From positions 51,557 through 115,556 of the forward strand of contig JBDGTS010000020.1 in assembly GCA_042216675.1 (NCBI GenBank): a DNA stretch of 64,000 nucleotides. The letters are read 5' to 3'. How positions within the stretch are numbered: position 1 is the stretch's first letter; each line of letters opens with the position of its first letter. Position numbers and translations under genes: made by a program. The notes beneath the pieces were generated by a model, which saw nothing but the letters and a program-made list of their open reading frames with translations, was not told where the DNA came from and searched no databases. Below are positions 55,050 through 64,000 of this stretch, piece after piece. This DNA comes from Halobacteriaceae archaeon. Its GTDB lineage: Archaea; Halobacteriota; Halobacteria; Halobacteriales; Halobacteriaceae.

Positions 55050-55778
55050 TCACTCCGCGAGTTCGCGGTCCCGCACGACCAGCACCGGCGCGACGGCGCC
55101 CTCGGCGACGCGTTCGGCGTCGTCGCCGAACAGGGCCGCGAGCAGGCCCGCCTCGCCCTCGCCCATGACGATGACGTCGAACTCGCCCGAGCGCTCGACG
55201 ATGGCGCGCACCGGCGCCTCGGGGGCCGTCGTCTCGACGCGAAGTTGGTCGGCCGGGAGCCCCCTGTCGCGGAGGCTCCGGCGGGCGTCGTCGACGGCGG
55301 CGTCCGCGTCGAAGCCCTCGCTATCGAGGCCCCAGAGCGTCACCGACCCCTCGCCGTCGGCGAGGAGCGTCGCTACGAGGTCGGCCAGTCTACCCCGGTC
55401 GGTGGCGCCCCGAATCGGTACCAGCACGTCGTCCACCTCGCCGACGGGGTTCGGGAGGAGGATGGCGGTGACGCCCTCCTCGGCGGCGACGCGCGAGACG
55501 GTCTGGTCCCGGTCGTGGGTGAACGCCACGCGCGTCTCCACCTCGCGGCCGGCCTCGCGGAACACGTGGGCGACGTCCTCGGCGGCCTCGCGGGCGCGGT
55601 CCTCGAACTGCATGCTCGCCTGTTCGGTCGGCGTCTGCTCGGGGAGGACGTGGTAGCCGAGCACCACCACCTCCGCGGGCGCGAGGAACTCGACGAGGGA
55701 CTCCGAGATGGACTCGCCCTCCAGCACTTGGACGGGGACGAGCACGCGGGGCGGTTCGCGGATGGCGAGGTCGGACAT
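55050..55778 (-). CDS. Universal stress protein (tandem USP domains)
   Basis: VLVPV...PEQTP...DVIVMG...APVLVVR, adjacent to an APC permease. Confidence 0.85.
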   Translation of the reverse strand: MSDLAIREPPRVLVPVQVLEGESISESLVEFLAPAEVVVLGYHVLPEQTPTEQASMQFEDRAREAAEDVAHVFREAGREVETRVAFTHDRDQTVSRVAAEEGVTAILLPNPVGEVDDVLVPIRGATDRGRLADLVATLLADGEGSVTLWGLDSEGFDADAAVDDARRSLRDRGLPADQLRVETTAPEAPVRAIVERSGEFDVIVMGEGEAGLLAALFGDDAERVAEGAVAPVLVVRDRELAE

Positions 55779-57206
55779 TCAGAGCACCCCCTTGAGTCGC
55801 ACGTCGCTCGCGTAGTACTTGTACCACCCGGCCGACGCGAGCATGATGGCGACGCCGATTACCTGCGAGGCCGTCTGCATGAACCCGATGAGCGCGAAAC
55901 TCGCGAGGGCGCCGAGGCCCGCGACGAGGGGGTACGCCGGCACCCGGAAGTCGGGGTCGTACCACGCCGGTTCGTCGCGGCGCATCGCGATGAGCGCCAC
56001 GCACATCAGCCCGTACATGACGAGGTGGAGGAACGACGCCACCTCCGCGAGCACCTCCACTTCGCCGAGGGCGACGAGGGCCAACACCGGGCCGCCGGCC
56101 ATCGCCAGCGCGACGTGTGGCGTGCCGTACTGCAGATTGACCCGGCTCGCCCGCTGGGGGATGAGCGCGTCCTTGCTCACCGCGAAGACGGCCCGCGAGG
56201 TGGAGAGGATGGACGCGTTCGCGCTCGACACGGTGGCGAGGAGACCCGCAAGCAGGATTGCGATTGCCCCCGGCGTGCCGGCGAAGTAGCGGGCCACCTC
56301 GACGATGGCCGTCTCGCCGAAGCCGGCCAGTTTCCCGCTTCCGAACGCGCTCGTCGACACAAAGATTGTGGCGACGTAGAGGACGCCGACGATGAGCACG
56401 GAGCCGATCATCGCCAGCGGGAGATTGCGACCGGGGTTCTTGATGTCGCCGGCCACCGTCGCCACCTGCGCGAAGCCGAGGTAGGAGGTGAACACCAGCG
56501 CCGCCGTCGTGAGCATCGGCATCGGGCCGAACGGCATGAACGTCTCGGGGGCGCTCTCGGCGCCGAAGACACCGACAGCGTCGAGGCCGCCGTAGCCGAG
56601 GAACAAGACGAGGATGCCCAACAGCAGTCCGACGACGTAGTTCTGGAGTTTCGTCGCGTTCTCCGTCCCGACGAGGTTCAGCGCCGTCAGCAGGACGCCG
56701 AAGACGAGTGCCAACGGGACGACGACGCTCGCGCTCCCGAGGTTCACGCCGGCCTCCGCGAGGAGCGCCGCCGCGTAGTTGCCGAACCCGACGAGGTAGA
56801 ACGCCGTCGCGAACACCAGCCCCAGCCAGATGCTGATGCCGACGATAGCGCCCGGGAGCGCCCCCAGCCCCCGGGAGATGAAGTAGTAGCCGCCGCCCGA
56901 CTTCGGCATCGCCGTCGCCAACTCGGAGGCGGGGAGCGCCACCAGCAGTGCGATGACGGCGCCGATGGCGAACGACCCGGCGGCCGCGAGCCCGGCCCGC
57001 CCCGCCGCGAGGCCGGGGAACACGAAGATGCCGGCCCCGATCATCGTCCCGACGCCGATGGCGACGCCGCCCCGCAGCCCGATAGAGCGCTCTAACTCCG
57101 AGCCCTCCTCGGTGACCGTCGTCTCCTCGGTGGCTGTCGTGGGCGCCGCCACCTCGGCGGGTGATTCCCCGGCCCTGTTCGACGACGCGTCGCTCGCCGT
57201 GTCCAT
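55779..57206 (-). CDS. APC family amino acid permease
   Basis: [27 protein letters not shown] and PGRNLP motifs. Start re-called at ATG 57206. Confidence 0.9.
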   Translation of the reverse strand: MDTASDASSNRAGESPAEVAAPTTATEETTVTEEGSELERSIGLRGGVAIGVGTMIGAGIFVFPGLAAGRAGLAAAGSFAIGAVIALLVALPASELATAMPKSGGGYYFISRGLGALPGAIVGISIWLGLVFATAFYLVGFGNYAAALLAEAGVNLGSASVVVPLALVFGVLLTALNLVGTENATKLQNYVVGLLLGILVLFLGYGGLDAVGVFGAESAPETFMPFGPMPMLTTAALVFTSYLGFAQVATVAGDIKNPGRNLPLAMIGSVLIVGVLYVATIFVSTSAFGSGKLAGFGETAIVEVARYFAGTPGAIAILLAGLLATVSSANASILSTSRAVFAVSKDALIPQRASRVNLQYGTPHVALAMAGGPVLALVALGEVEVLAEVASFLHLVMYGLMCVALIAMRRDEPAWYDPDFRVPAYPLVAGLGALASFALIGFMQTASQVIGVAIMLASAGWYKYYASDVRLKGVL

Positions 57207-57300
57207 GTAGCGGGGGTCTCGGCGACGCCTCATCAAGGGTGAGACTACGTTCTTTGTCGGCAGAGAAACATTCTTTGGGTCGGGGGTGGCGGGGTGACAC

Positions 57301-57759
57301 GTGCAACGCCGCCTCGCCGTGACCTACGCCGTCTCCATCGCCGTCGGGTGGGCGTACCTGCTCGCCACCGACGGGGCGGGCGTCGGGGAGTTCTCGGCCC
57401 TCGCGACGCTGGGCGCCGGCTTCCCGCCCGGCATCGCGGCCGGGGTCCTCGTCAGCAATCTCCCCGTCGGGCCGACGTGGCACGACGCGATGGCCCGGCC
57501 CCGGGGCATGGTCGGCCTGAAGGCGGCGCTCGCGGCGACGCTCTCGTTCTACGTCGTCCGCTCGGCGGCGTTCGCGCTCCGAGCCACGCCGGAGACGTAC
57601 GATTTGGGTATCTTCGGTGTGCGCACGATTCACAGTCCGGCCATCGTCACCGCGATGCACGTCGCCGCGAACCTCCCGGGCGTCGGCGTCGCCGCCGGCG
57701 CCGGCCTGCTGAGCGCCCACGTCGTCTGTGAGTTCTGTGACGACGTGGCGGCGCTGTGA
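57301..57759 (+). CDS. Hypothetical membrane protein
   Basis: About four hydrophobic segments. The only plausible ORF between two minus-strand genes. Confidence 0.5.
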   Translation: MQRRLAVTYAVSIAVGWAYLLATDGAGVGEFSALATLGAGFPPGIAAGVLVSNLPVGPTWHDAMARPRGMVGLKAALAATLSFYVVRSAAFALRATPETYDLGIFGVRTIHSPAIVTAMHVAANLPGVGVAAGAGLLSAHVVCEFCDDVAAL

Positions 57760-59007
57760 TCAGTCGGCGCCCGCGACGGCGCCTGAGGGGCCGTGGCTCT
57801 CGACGAGGCGCCACGCGACGAGACCCGCGGCGCCGAACGCGAGGACGCTCGACGCGCCGAAGGCGACGCCCCAGCCCCAGATGTCCGCCGCCGCCCCGAC
57901 GACGAGTGGGCCGACGACCCCCCCGACGCCCCGCGTCGTCGTCCGCAGGCCCATCAGTTCGGATTCGCGGTCGACGGGCGCCACGTCGCCGATGAAGGCG
58001 ATGGTGCCCGTCGTCAGCGCCGAGAAGGTGACGGCGTGGACGACGAACGCCAGCACCGCGACGCCGATGCGGGCGTTCAGGTCCGGCAGCCCGAGCGCCA
58101 CCGCCAGCAGCAGCGCCTGCAGGCCGGCGCCCACGAGGCCGGCGGTGATGAGCGGCTTGCGCCCGATGGTGTCGGAGTAGCGCCCCAGCGCGTACATCGC
58201 CCCGGTCCGGAGCGTCGGGCTGACCGCGAGGACGGCCCCCATCAGCGGTTCGGAGAAGCCCAGCGCGCCGATGAGGAACACCGGCATAATAGAAGACATC
58301 CCCTTCTGGGTCATGTTCCGGAGCGCGAGCGCCACGTACAGGTACTGGAGGCCGTTCGTGCGGAGGTGCGCCCTGTCGCCCACCTCGGGGAGCAGGCGCG
58401 AGCGGACCTCCGAGAGAAGCTCGCCGAACGAGGGGTCCACGTCGGGGGAGGGTGTCGGGTCGGTGAGGAGGACGACGCCGAGCGCCGAAACGGCGCCGAT
58501 GACCGCGACGAGGAGGTACGTCTCGCCGGGGAGCAGGAAGCCGAGGACGTAGCCGCTGGCGAGGCGCCCCGAGATGTCCCCGACCGAGAGGGCGCTGTTG
58601 TAGAAGCCCACCGAGCGGCCCCGGCCCTCGTCGCCGCCGCGTTCGCTCACGATGGCGAGCATCGCGGGGCCGAAACCGGCCGCGAAGACGGAGTAGAGGC
58701 CCCGGACGCCGAGTTGCGCCCAGAGCGTCTGCGTGAAAACGAGGGGGACGAGCGCCGCCGCGGCGAGGACGGACGTGCCGAAGAGGACGGCCCGCCGGCG
58801 CCCCGTCACGTCGGCGACGGCGCCCCAGAACGGCGCGGCGAACAGCAGGCCGAAGTGGAACACCGCGAGGGCGAGGCTGACGTAGAACTCGCTGGCGATG
58901 TCGCCGATGTAGACGGCCATCACCGTGCCGAGCAGCGCGGCGCTGGTGATGCGCGTGATGGCGACGAAGGTGACGACGGCCTGCTGTTCGCGGCGTTCGG
59001 TGAGCAC
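57760..59007 (-). CDS. MFS transporter
   Basis: Motif A copies GAVADVTGRRR and GRYSDTIGRK, about 12 TM segments. Confidence 0.9.
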   Translation of the reverse strand: MLTERREQQAVVTFVAITRITSAALLGTVMAVYIGDIASEFYVSLALAVFHFGLLFAAPFWGAVADVTGRRRAVLFGTSVLAAAALVPLVFTQTLWAQLGVRGLYSVFAAGFGPAMLAIVSERGGDEGRGRSVGFYNSALSVGDISGRLASGYVLGFLLPGETYLLVAVIGAVSALGVVLLTDPTPSPDVDPSFGELLSEVRSRLLPEVGDRAHLRTNGLQYLYVALALRNMTQKGMSSIMPVFLIGALGFSEPLMGAVLAVSPTLRTGAMYALGRYSDTIGRKPLITAGLVGAGLQALLLAVALGLPDLNARIGVAVLAFVVHAVTFSALTTGTIAFIGDVAPVDRESELMGLRTTTRGVGGVVGPLVVGAAADIWGWGVAFGASSVLAFGAAGLVAWRLVESHGPSGAVAGAD

Positions 59008-59113
59008 TCGTCACGCCGTGGTCGGTGGCCGGGCAAAAACGTCTCGCTCCGGTCGTCCGTTTGCCGCCTCTGACGAGAAACGGTTTTCCGCGCCGACACC
59101 TGAACGGGAGGTG

Positions 59114-59758
59114 ATGGACCGCGAACGGGCCGTCGAACGGGTCGCCGAACTCGTGGCCACCGTCGAGGACGAGGAGATGCCGGTGCCGGTGCGCGAGGTG
59201 TGGGTGTACGGCGACGTGGCACTCGGCCTCGACCCGGTGGAGCGACTCGACGTGTACGTCACGAAGGACATCCTGCTCGGGGACGACACCGACCCCGCGC
59301 CCGACGTCGACCGGGAACTCGGCGTACAGGGCGTCGGGCAGACGGTGCGGGCGTCGTGGGCCGAGGCCCACCCCGAGTACGTCCGCGCGAACGAGAGCGG
59401 CCACGTCGCACCGGAGCGCTGTCTCGCCGCGCATCTGCTGGATGACGACGAGCCGATTCACCTCGAAGTGTGCAACGCCTCCTTCGAGGACAACGTCACC
59501 CAGCGACTGGAGGGCGCCCGCGCCCGCGGCACCTACGAGGAACTGCTCGACCCCCGCGGCGTCTGCCTCTGGGTCGACGGCCAGCGCTCCGAATCGGCGT
59601 TCGAGAAACTCCGGGCGAGCGAGTTCGCCTTCCCCACCCTCGACGGCGCGCTCGAGATGCTCGGGATGGACGACGAGGAGGCGACGACGGCCGCCGAGGC
59701 GCTGAAGGCCTACCGGGAGGGACAGGACGGCGTGACGGTGCGGGGCGACGTGGTGTAG
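59114..59758 (+). CDS. Conserved haloarchaeal protein (DUF7095-like, degenerate nucleotidyltransferase-like N-terminus)
   Basis: MPVPVREVWVYGDVALGLDPVERLDVYVTKD. Start re-called at ATG 59114. Confidence 0.75.
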   Translation: MDRERAVERVAELVATVEDEEMPVPVREVWVYGDVALGLDPVERLDVYVTKDILLGDDTDPAPDVDRELGVQGVGQTVRASWAEAHPEYVRANESGHVAPERCLAAHLLDDDEPIHLEVCNASFEDNVTQRLEGARARGTYEELLDPRGVCLWVDGQRSESAFEKLRASEFAFPTLDGALEMLGMDDEEATTAAEALKAYREGQDGVTVRGDVV

Positions 59759-59796
59759 CGGTCTGAGTTCATCGTTCGGCGTGAATCGCCCCGGCG

Positions 59797-60735
59797 TCAG
59801 CGCGACTGCGTGTCCCGTTCTTCCTCGCGAGCCGTGAGTCCGCGACGGAGGTAGTCGAGGGTCGCCCGCCACGCCGCCGCCGAGGCGTGGGCATTCGTCT
59901 CGGCGGTCCCGCCGAATCGATGGCGAGCGGTCGGGTCGCTCGTCTCGTCGAACCGATAGGGGACGCGGATAGCGTGGCCCGCATCCGGAAATGACCGGTG
60001 CTCGGACGGCCACGGGTGATTGTTGGCGTCGAGCCGTTCGATGGCGACGGACGAAAGAGCCGGCGATGGCCAGACCTCGTCAGCCCCGCCGGATATCAGC
60101 AGCACAGGCCCGTCGATTCGCTCGACTTCGATTGCCGCCTGCGCCCGCTGTGAGCGAGTGGCCGCCCCGACGGCGTCCGACCCGTCAGCCGAGTCAGTCT
60201 GCGCTATGGTCTCTTCGAGTCCCTCCTCGTTCGTCTCCACGGACTCCTCGACGGGAATATACGGAACCGGCCCGCCGTCGACAGTCCACGCGGCGACTTC
60301 CTCCTCGACCCCGTCCATCCACGTCGGGGCAGGGAACGCGAGTCCGCTCGTGACGTATCCCACGACGACTCCGACTCGCTCACAGCGGGCACCTACGAGC
60401 AAGGCGGCCTCACCGCCGCGCGAGAGTCCGATGGCGCCGACGTGCCCGGACGAGACGTCCGGCCGGTCGGTCAGCCAGTCAATCGCCCCTTCGAAGCGCG
60501 AGAGCGGAATCCGAGCGAGTGCGTCCGGCGTTCCGGGAGTCCCGAAGTACTCGACGCAGAAGGCGGTGTACCCGTGTGCCGCCAGATATCGGGCGTACTC
60601 CTGCTCGTATCCGCGGCCACCCCCGGCCCCGTGGAAGACGAGTACACCGGGGTGCGGGGCGGGGCCGATCCCCTCGTACAGGCGGCCGGTCACGTCTCGC
60701 TGGCGGACGTCCCGTCCCTCGACGAACGCTGACAT
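59797..60735 (-). CDS. Acyl-CoA thioesterase/BAAT-like alpha/beta hydrolase
   Basis: GLSRGGE, SGGADEVWPS and AGH catalytic triad motifs. Start re-called at ATG 60735. Confidence 0.85.
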   Translation of the reverse strand: MSAFVEGRDVRQRDVTGRLYEGIGPAPHPGVLVFHGAGGGRGYEQEYARYLAAHGYTAFCVEYFGTPGTPDALARIPLSRFEGAIDWLTDRPDVSSGHVGAIGLSRGGEAALLVGARCERVGVVVGYVTSGLAFPAPTWMDGVEEEVAAWTVDGGPVPYIPVEESVETNEEGLEETIAQTDSADGSDAVGAATRSQRAQAAIEVERIDGPVLLISGGADEVWPSPALSSVAIERLDANNHPWPSEHRSFPDAGHAIRVPYRFDETSDPTARHRFGGTAETNAHASAAAWRATLDYLRRGLTAREEERDTQSR

Positions 60736-60837
60736 CTGGACGTATATCGCTTCTAGCAGTTCCGTCAAAAGCCTTCGCGTCGAGCGAGAGCCCCCACCTG
60801 TCACGAATTAGTCTGCGGACGGACACCGCACCGCCCA

Positions 60838-61626
60838 TCAAACCCGCCCCACCGTGACGTAGAACGGCACGACCTCCGAGCGGCGGTATTCGCCGCGCTG
60901 AATCTGCTCGATTGCCGACCGACCCATCGCCTTCCAGTCGGCCTCGAGCGCGTCGATTTCGCTCGCGCTCATCCCGCCGGCCCGGAGCGTCGCGCGCGCC
61001 TCGCTGATGCGCGTCCCGCGGGCCTTGAGTTTCGCGCCGGTCAGCGCTCGCTCCGAATAGGGGGGTTCGACGACGCGCGTGTGGTAGTACGTCGCCTGCG
61101 CCTCGACGGTGAGGCCCGCGTCGCCGAACACGTCGGCGGCGTCGGCGCCGAGCGTCACGTCCGAGGGCACGCCCGCCGCGTACGCCTCGCGAGCGCTGGC
61201 CGCCAGCGCCGCCTCACCGCCCACCGTCGACTCGACGGCCACGGCCGCGTTGTCGGGTTCGACGGCCGCGACGAGGTCTGAGGAGACGTGGGCGAACTCA
61301 CGAACCGCCACCGCGGGGTCGGGGAGGTTGACGAGCAAGGCCTGACACGTCACGAGGTCCGCGGCGTCGTCGCGGAAGGGCAGGCGCTCCGCGTCGCCCG
61401 CGAGGGCCGGTGGTCCCGCCTCGGCGAGCAGATCGGGGTCGGCGTCGCACGCGACGACGGGCGCAGGCGTCTCCTCGCGGAGGACGGCCGTGAACTCCCC
61501 CGTTCCCGCGCCCACGTCCACCACTCGCTCGCGGTCCGGAAGCGAGAGGGCGCGGAGGGCCGACCGGTCGCCGGCCCACATCCCGCGGCGGGTGTCCGCG
61601 AGGTAGTCGGCGGAGAACTGTCGCAC
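60838..61626 (-). CDS. Class I SAM-dependent methyltransferase
   Basis: VDVGAGTG, GDAERLPF and CQALLVNL motifs. GTG start at 61626 (MRQFSADYL). Confidence 0.87.
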   Translation of the reverse strand: MRQFSADYLADTRRGMWAGDRSALRALSLPDRERVVDVGAGTGEFTAVLREETPAPVVACDADPDLLAEAGPPALAGDAERLPFRDDAADLVTCQALLVNLPDPAVAVREFAHVSSDLVAAVEPDNAAVAVESTVGGEAALAASAREAYAAGVPSDVTLGADAADVFGDAGLTVEAQATYYHTRVVEPPYSERALTGAKLKARGTRISEARATLRAGGMSASEIDALEADWKAMGRSAIEQIQRGEYRRSEVVPFYVTVGRV

Positions 61627-61659
61627 GCCGGGAGGCAGGCGCGGCGGCGGCAAAAGGTG

Positions 61660-63047
61660 TGCGGTCGGTGGATGCCCGTCGCAGGGGGCCGGCGGACGGT
61701 TTCGCCCGGTTCGACCGCCCCGCGGTCGACGGTGACCCGGACCTTCTGCACGCGCGTGTCCTCGACCTGTTCGGCCCGCAGCGTCACGTTCTCGTAGTCG
61801 AACTCCTCGCCCTGTTCGACGAGGCGGCCGGCGCGGTTGAAGATGAAGCCGGCGATGGTCTCGAACTCCTCGCCCTCGGGGAGGTCGATGCCGAGGGCTT
61901 CGTTGATCTGTTCGATGTTGACCGCGCCGCGGGCGACCACCTCGTCGTCGTCCACGAACTCGATGGGGTGCTCCTCGCCGCCGACCAGTATCTCGCCGAC
62001 GATCTCTTCGAGGATGTCCTCCATCGTGATGAGTCCCTCCGTGGCCCCGAACTCGTCGACGACGATGACCATGTGCATCCGGTTCTCACGCATCTCCGAG
62101 AGGAGGTCGTCGACGTTCTTCGACTCCGGAACGTGAAGCGTGGGTTGGGCCACGGTAGCCACGTCCCGGTCGTCCTCGTCGGCGTCGCGATGCAGGTCAC
62201 GGATGTCGAAGATGCCGATCACGTTGTCCAGTGACCCTCGTACACCGGCAGGCGGGCGTGTCCCGACTCTATGCACTTTTCGACGGCCTCCTCGACGGTG
62301 GTGTCCGCGGAGATGGCCGCCATGTCGAGGCGCGACGTCATCACCTCCTTGGCGACGGTGTTCTCGAAGCGCAGGGTGCGCTGGATCATCTGCCGTTCCT
62401 CCTCGTCGAGGATGCCCTCGCGTTCCCCGGTCTTGACCATGTTCCGGATCTCGTCGCGGGTGACGTAGGTCGATTCGATGGACGGGCTGCCACCGGTGAC
62501 TCTGTTCACGAGACTCGTGAGGTAGTAGAACAGGGTGATGAGGGGCCACATGGGCTTCTCGACGATTTTCAGCCCGCGGGCGACGCGCCGGGCGTGCAGT
62601 TCGGTGTTCTCGACGGCGTAGGACTTGGGCGCACTCTCCCCGAACACGAGCACCATCGACGTGATGCCGAGCGACGAGACGACGACCGCCGTGCCCGCGT
62701 CGAAGTAGAAGCCGACGAGGGTCGTCGAAATCGACGACATCGTGATGTTGACCATGTTGTTGCCGACGAGGATGGTCACGAGCAAGCGGTGGGGATCCTC
62801 CTTGAGCGACTGGACCGCCCGCGCACCGCGCTTTCCCTCCTGAACCATCGCGTCGACCTGATGGGTCGGGAGCGAGGACAGCGCAATCTCCGACGACGAG
62901 AAGAAGCCAGACCCCAGCAGAAGCAACAGAATCATCCCGATGCCGAGCGCGGTGACTCCCGTCCGCCCCAGTTCGACACCGAGGACCGACGCGGCGGACA
63001 GTGCGATGCTGACCTCAGATGCGACTGTGAGTACGGATATCCCCCAT
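61660..63047 (-). pseudogene. Hemolysin/CNNM (DUF21-CBS-CorC) family protein, frameshifted
   Basis: FFSSSE, GNNMVN, GESAPK and VMTSR in one frame. LDNVIG, VPESK, VDEFG, EEIVGE and FETIAG in another. One G is missing near 62236 and one extra G follows the probable ATG 63047. No stop codon occurs before the methyltransferase, so the 3' end is approximate. Confidence 0.8.
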
Positions 63048-63306
63048 CAACCGGGAAATTGCCGGAGCAGAGGATTAATTCTTGGGCAACCATCCACGCG
63101 ATTTCCCAATTCGTGTCCACGAAGAGGGGGAGTATCGTGTCTTTTTGTCCCGCTGTCGCACTCAGTCCGCTACAATCCGAAAATATTCAGTGAGTTCTCG
63201 TGGGCTGCTGTCGCCTCGGTCGGCGCGGGCACTTCGGACCCGCCCCTTCACCCGTTCAGGTGGGTGGACCGAGAGGAGTCCGTGCGAACGCGGCGCACGC
63301 AACCGG

Positions 63307-63558
63307 CTACTTATGAGAGTTGGCCACGGTCCGAACCGGTTCGCCGTCGACGCGCACCTCGCCGGTCCCGCGGACGAGAACCGTGTGGTCGGGAACTTCG
63401 AAGGTCAGTTTCCAGTCGGTCTGGTCCGACGCACAGAGCGACCTGAGCGCGTTCGTATCGACGTGGTCGTAGAGCGTGAAGTCGAGGTCGTGCGGGGAAC
63501 ACCCCTCGACGTCCGCGATGGCCCCGATGATGATGGGGATGACCGCATCTCGCCTCAT
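63307..63558 (-). CDS. HalOD1 output domain protein
   Basis: AIADVEG...LYDHVDTNAL...LTFEVPDHTVLVRGTG. Start re-called at ATG 63558. Confidence 0.85.
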   Translation of the reverse strand: MRRDAVIPIIIGAIADVEGCSPHDLDFTLYDHVDTNALRSLCASDQTDWKLTFEVPDHTVLVRGTGEVRVDGEPVRTVANSHK

Positions 63559-63929
63559 CGGTCCCCTCCATTCTGCTCGTGAAAGTGGCACCCGTCGAAG
63601 AGATGCTGTGGGAACTCGTCGTACGCGTCTATCGCCTGCAGCACCGCGGCCACCTCCTCGAAGGCGGGGCCGCGCTGCACAGACAGGGGCGTTGTGTCCC
63701 ACTCGATGAAGCCGTACTCCGCCATCAACGGAAGGTGATGGTGGACGAGGTTCAGGTGCAGGTCCGTCGGGTCGAGCCGAAACTCCGGCATGTTCGCGGC
63801 TTCGGGCAGTGAAAGAGAGCGGTCGGGGGGCGCCTCGAGCAACGAGCCGACGAGTTGTCGCCGAGGCGCCTCCGTGAGCGTCGTGTAGATTCCGCGCCAC
63901 CGGTCCCCGAGTTCCTGAACGGAGTCCAT
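63555..63929 (-). CDS. DUF7344-like winged-helix protein
   Basis: PRRQLV...LVHHHLPLMAEYGFIEWD...RGPAF. ATGA overlap with HalOD1. Start re-called at ATG 63929. Confidence 0.8.
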   Translation of the reverse strand: MDSVQELGDRWRGIYTTLTEAPRRQLVGSLLEAPPDRSLSLPEAANMPEFRLDPTDLHLNLVHHHLPLMAEYGFIEWDTTPLSVQRGPAFEEVAAVLQAIDAYDEFPQHLFDGCHFHEQNGGDR

Positions 63930-64000
63930 GCACCACGAGATTTCCCCGCTGTAGAAATTTGTTTCGCCTGTCACGAGGAGTGCGAGAGACCGGTCACTCC

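Noticed and set aside
462-60013. Many long Arg/Pro/Gly-rich alternative-frame or antisense ORFs (for example 1048..2505, 18713..20584, 24777..26861, 30715..32826, 55390..57720, 57647..60013)
   Set aside because: These are shadow ORFs expected in GC-rich DNA. They overlap genes with clear motifs and lack the acidic haloarchaeal composition.
61350-62549. 399-aa ORF as an independent gene
   Set aside because: Its middle is the out-of-frame C-terminal half of the CNNM/hemolysin gene, and both ends are non-homologous read-through.
1-64000. CRISPR array, IS elements, rRNA or defence systems
   Set aside because: No regularly spaced repeats, transposase or integrase motifs, rRNA-like sequence, or nuclease/defence motifs were recognised by eye.

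Overview
GC-rich haloarchaeal (Halobacteria) chromosomal window, judged from the acidic proteins, Tat lipoproteins, cdrL-cdrS-ftsZ2, ncsA and an archaeal tRNA-Tyr. It opens in the 3' part of a type IV pilus/secretion ATPase (PilB-like). The matching PilC/TadC gene and five class III signal-peptide (pilin-like) genes start only ~37.6 kb later (38521-43083). Between them lies a large carbohydrate-utilisation region that resembles an archaeal polysaccharide utilisation locus for a sulfated, acetylated rhamnose/fucose/uronate glycan. It holds an esterase, a GH29 fucosidase (plus a decayed second copy), a sulfatase, a mannonate dehydratase, an SDR, an epimerase, a lactonase-like amidohydrolase, an enolase-family dehydratase, a frameshifted rhamnose mutarotase and LUD lactate-utilisation genes. 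It also holds beta-propeller GH/PL-like proteins, a peptide-class ABC importer with a fused permease, a Tat-secreted beta-helix protein, three tandem paralogous lipoproteins and a GH106 rhamnosidase. The right third is mostly core genome: MFS transporters, MinD, PiT, tRNA-Tyr with an adjacent tRNA-derived hairpin repeat, a collapsed pilB-pilC remnant, cdrL-cdrS-ftsZ2 with a repeated GTAAGAC/GTCTTAC operator-like array, ncsA, WtpA/B, USP plus an APC permease, and a frameshifted CNNM/hemolysin gene. No CRISPR array, integrase, transposase or rRNA was recognised. All family assignments come from motif recognition by eye, with no database searches.
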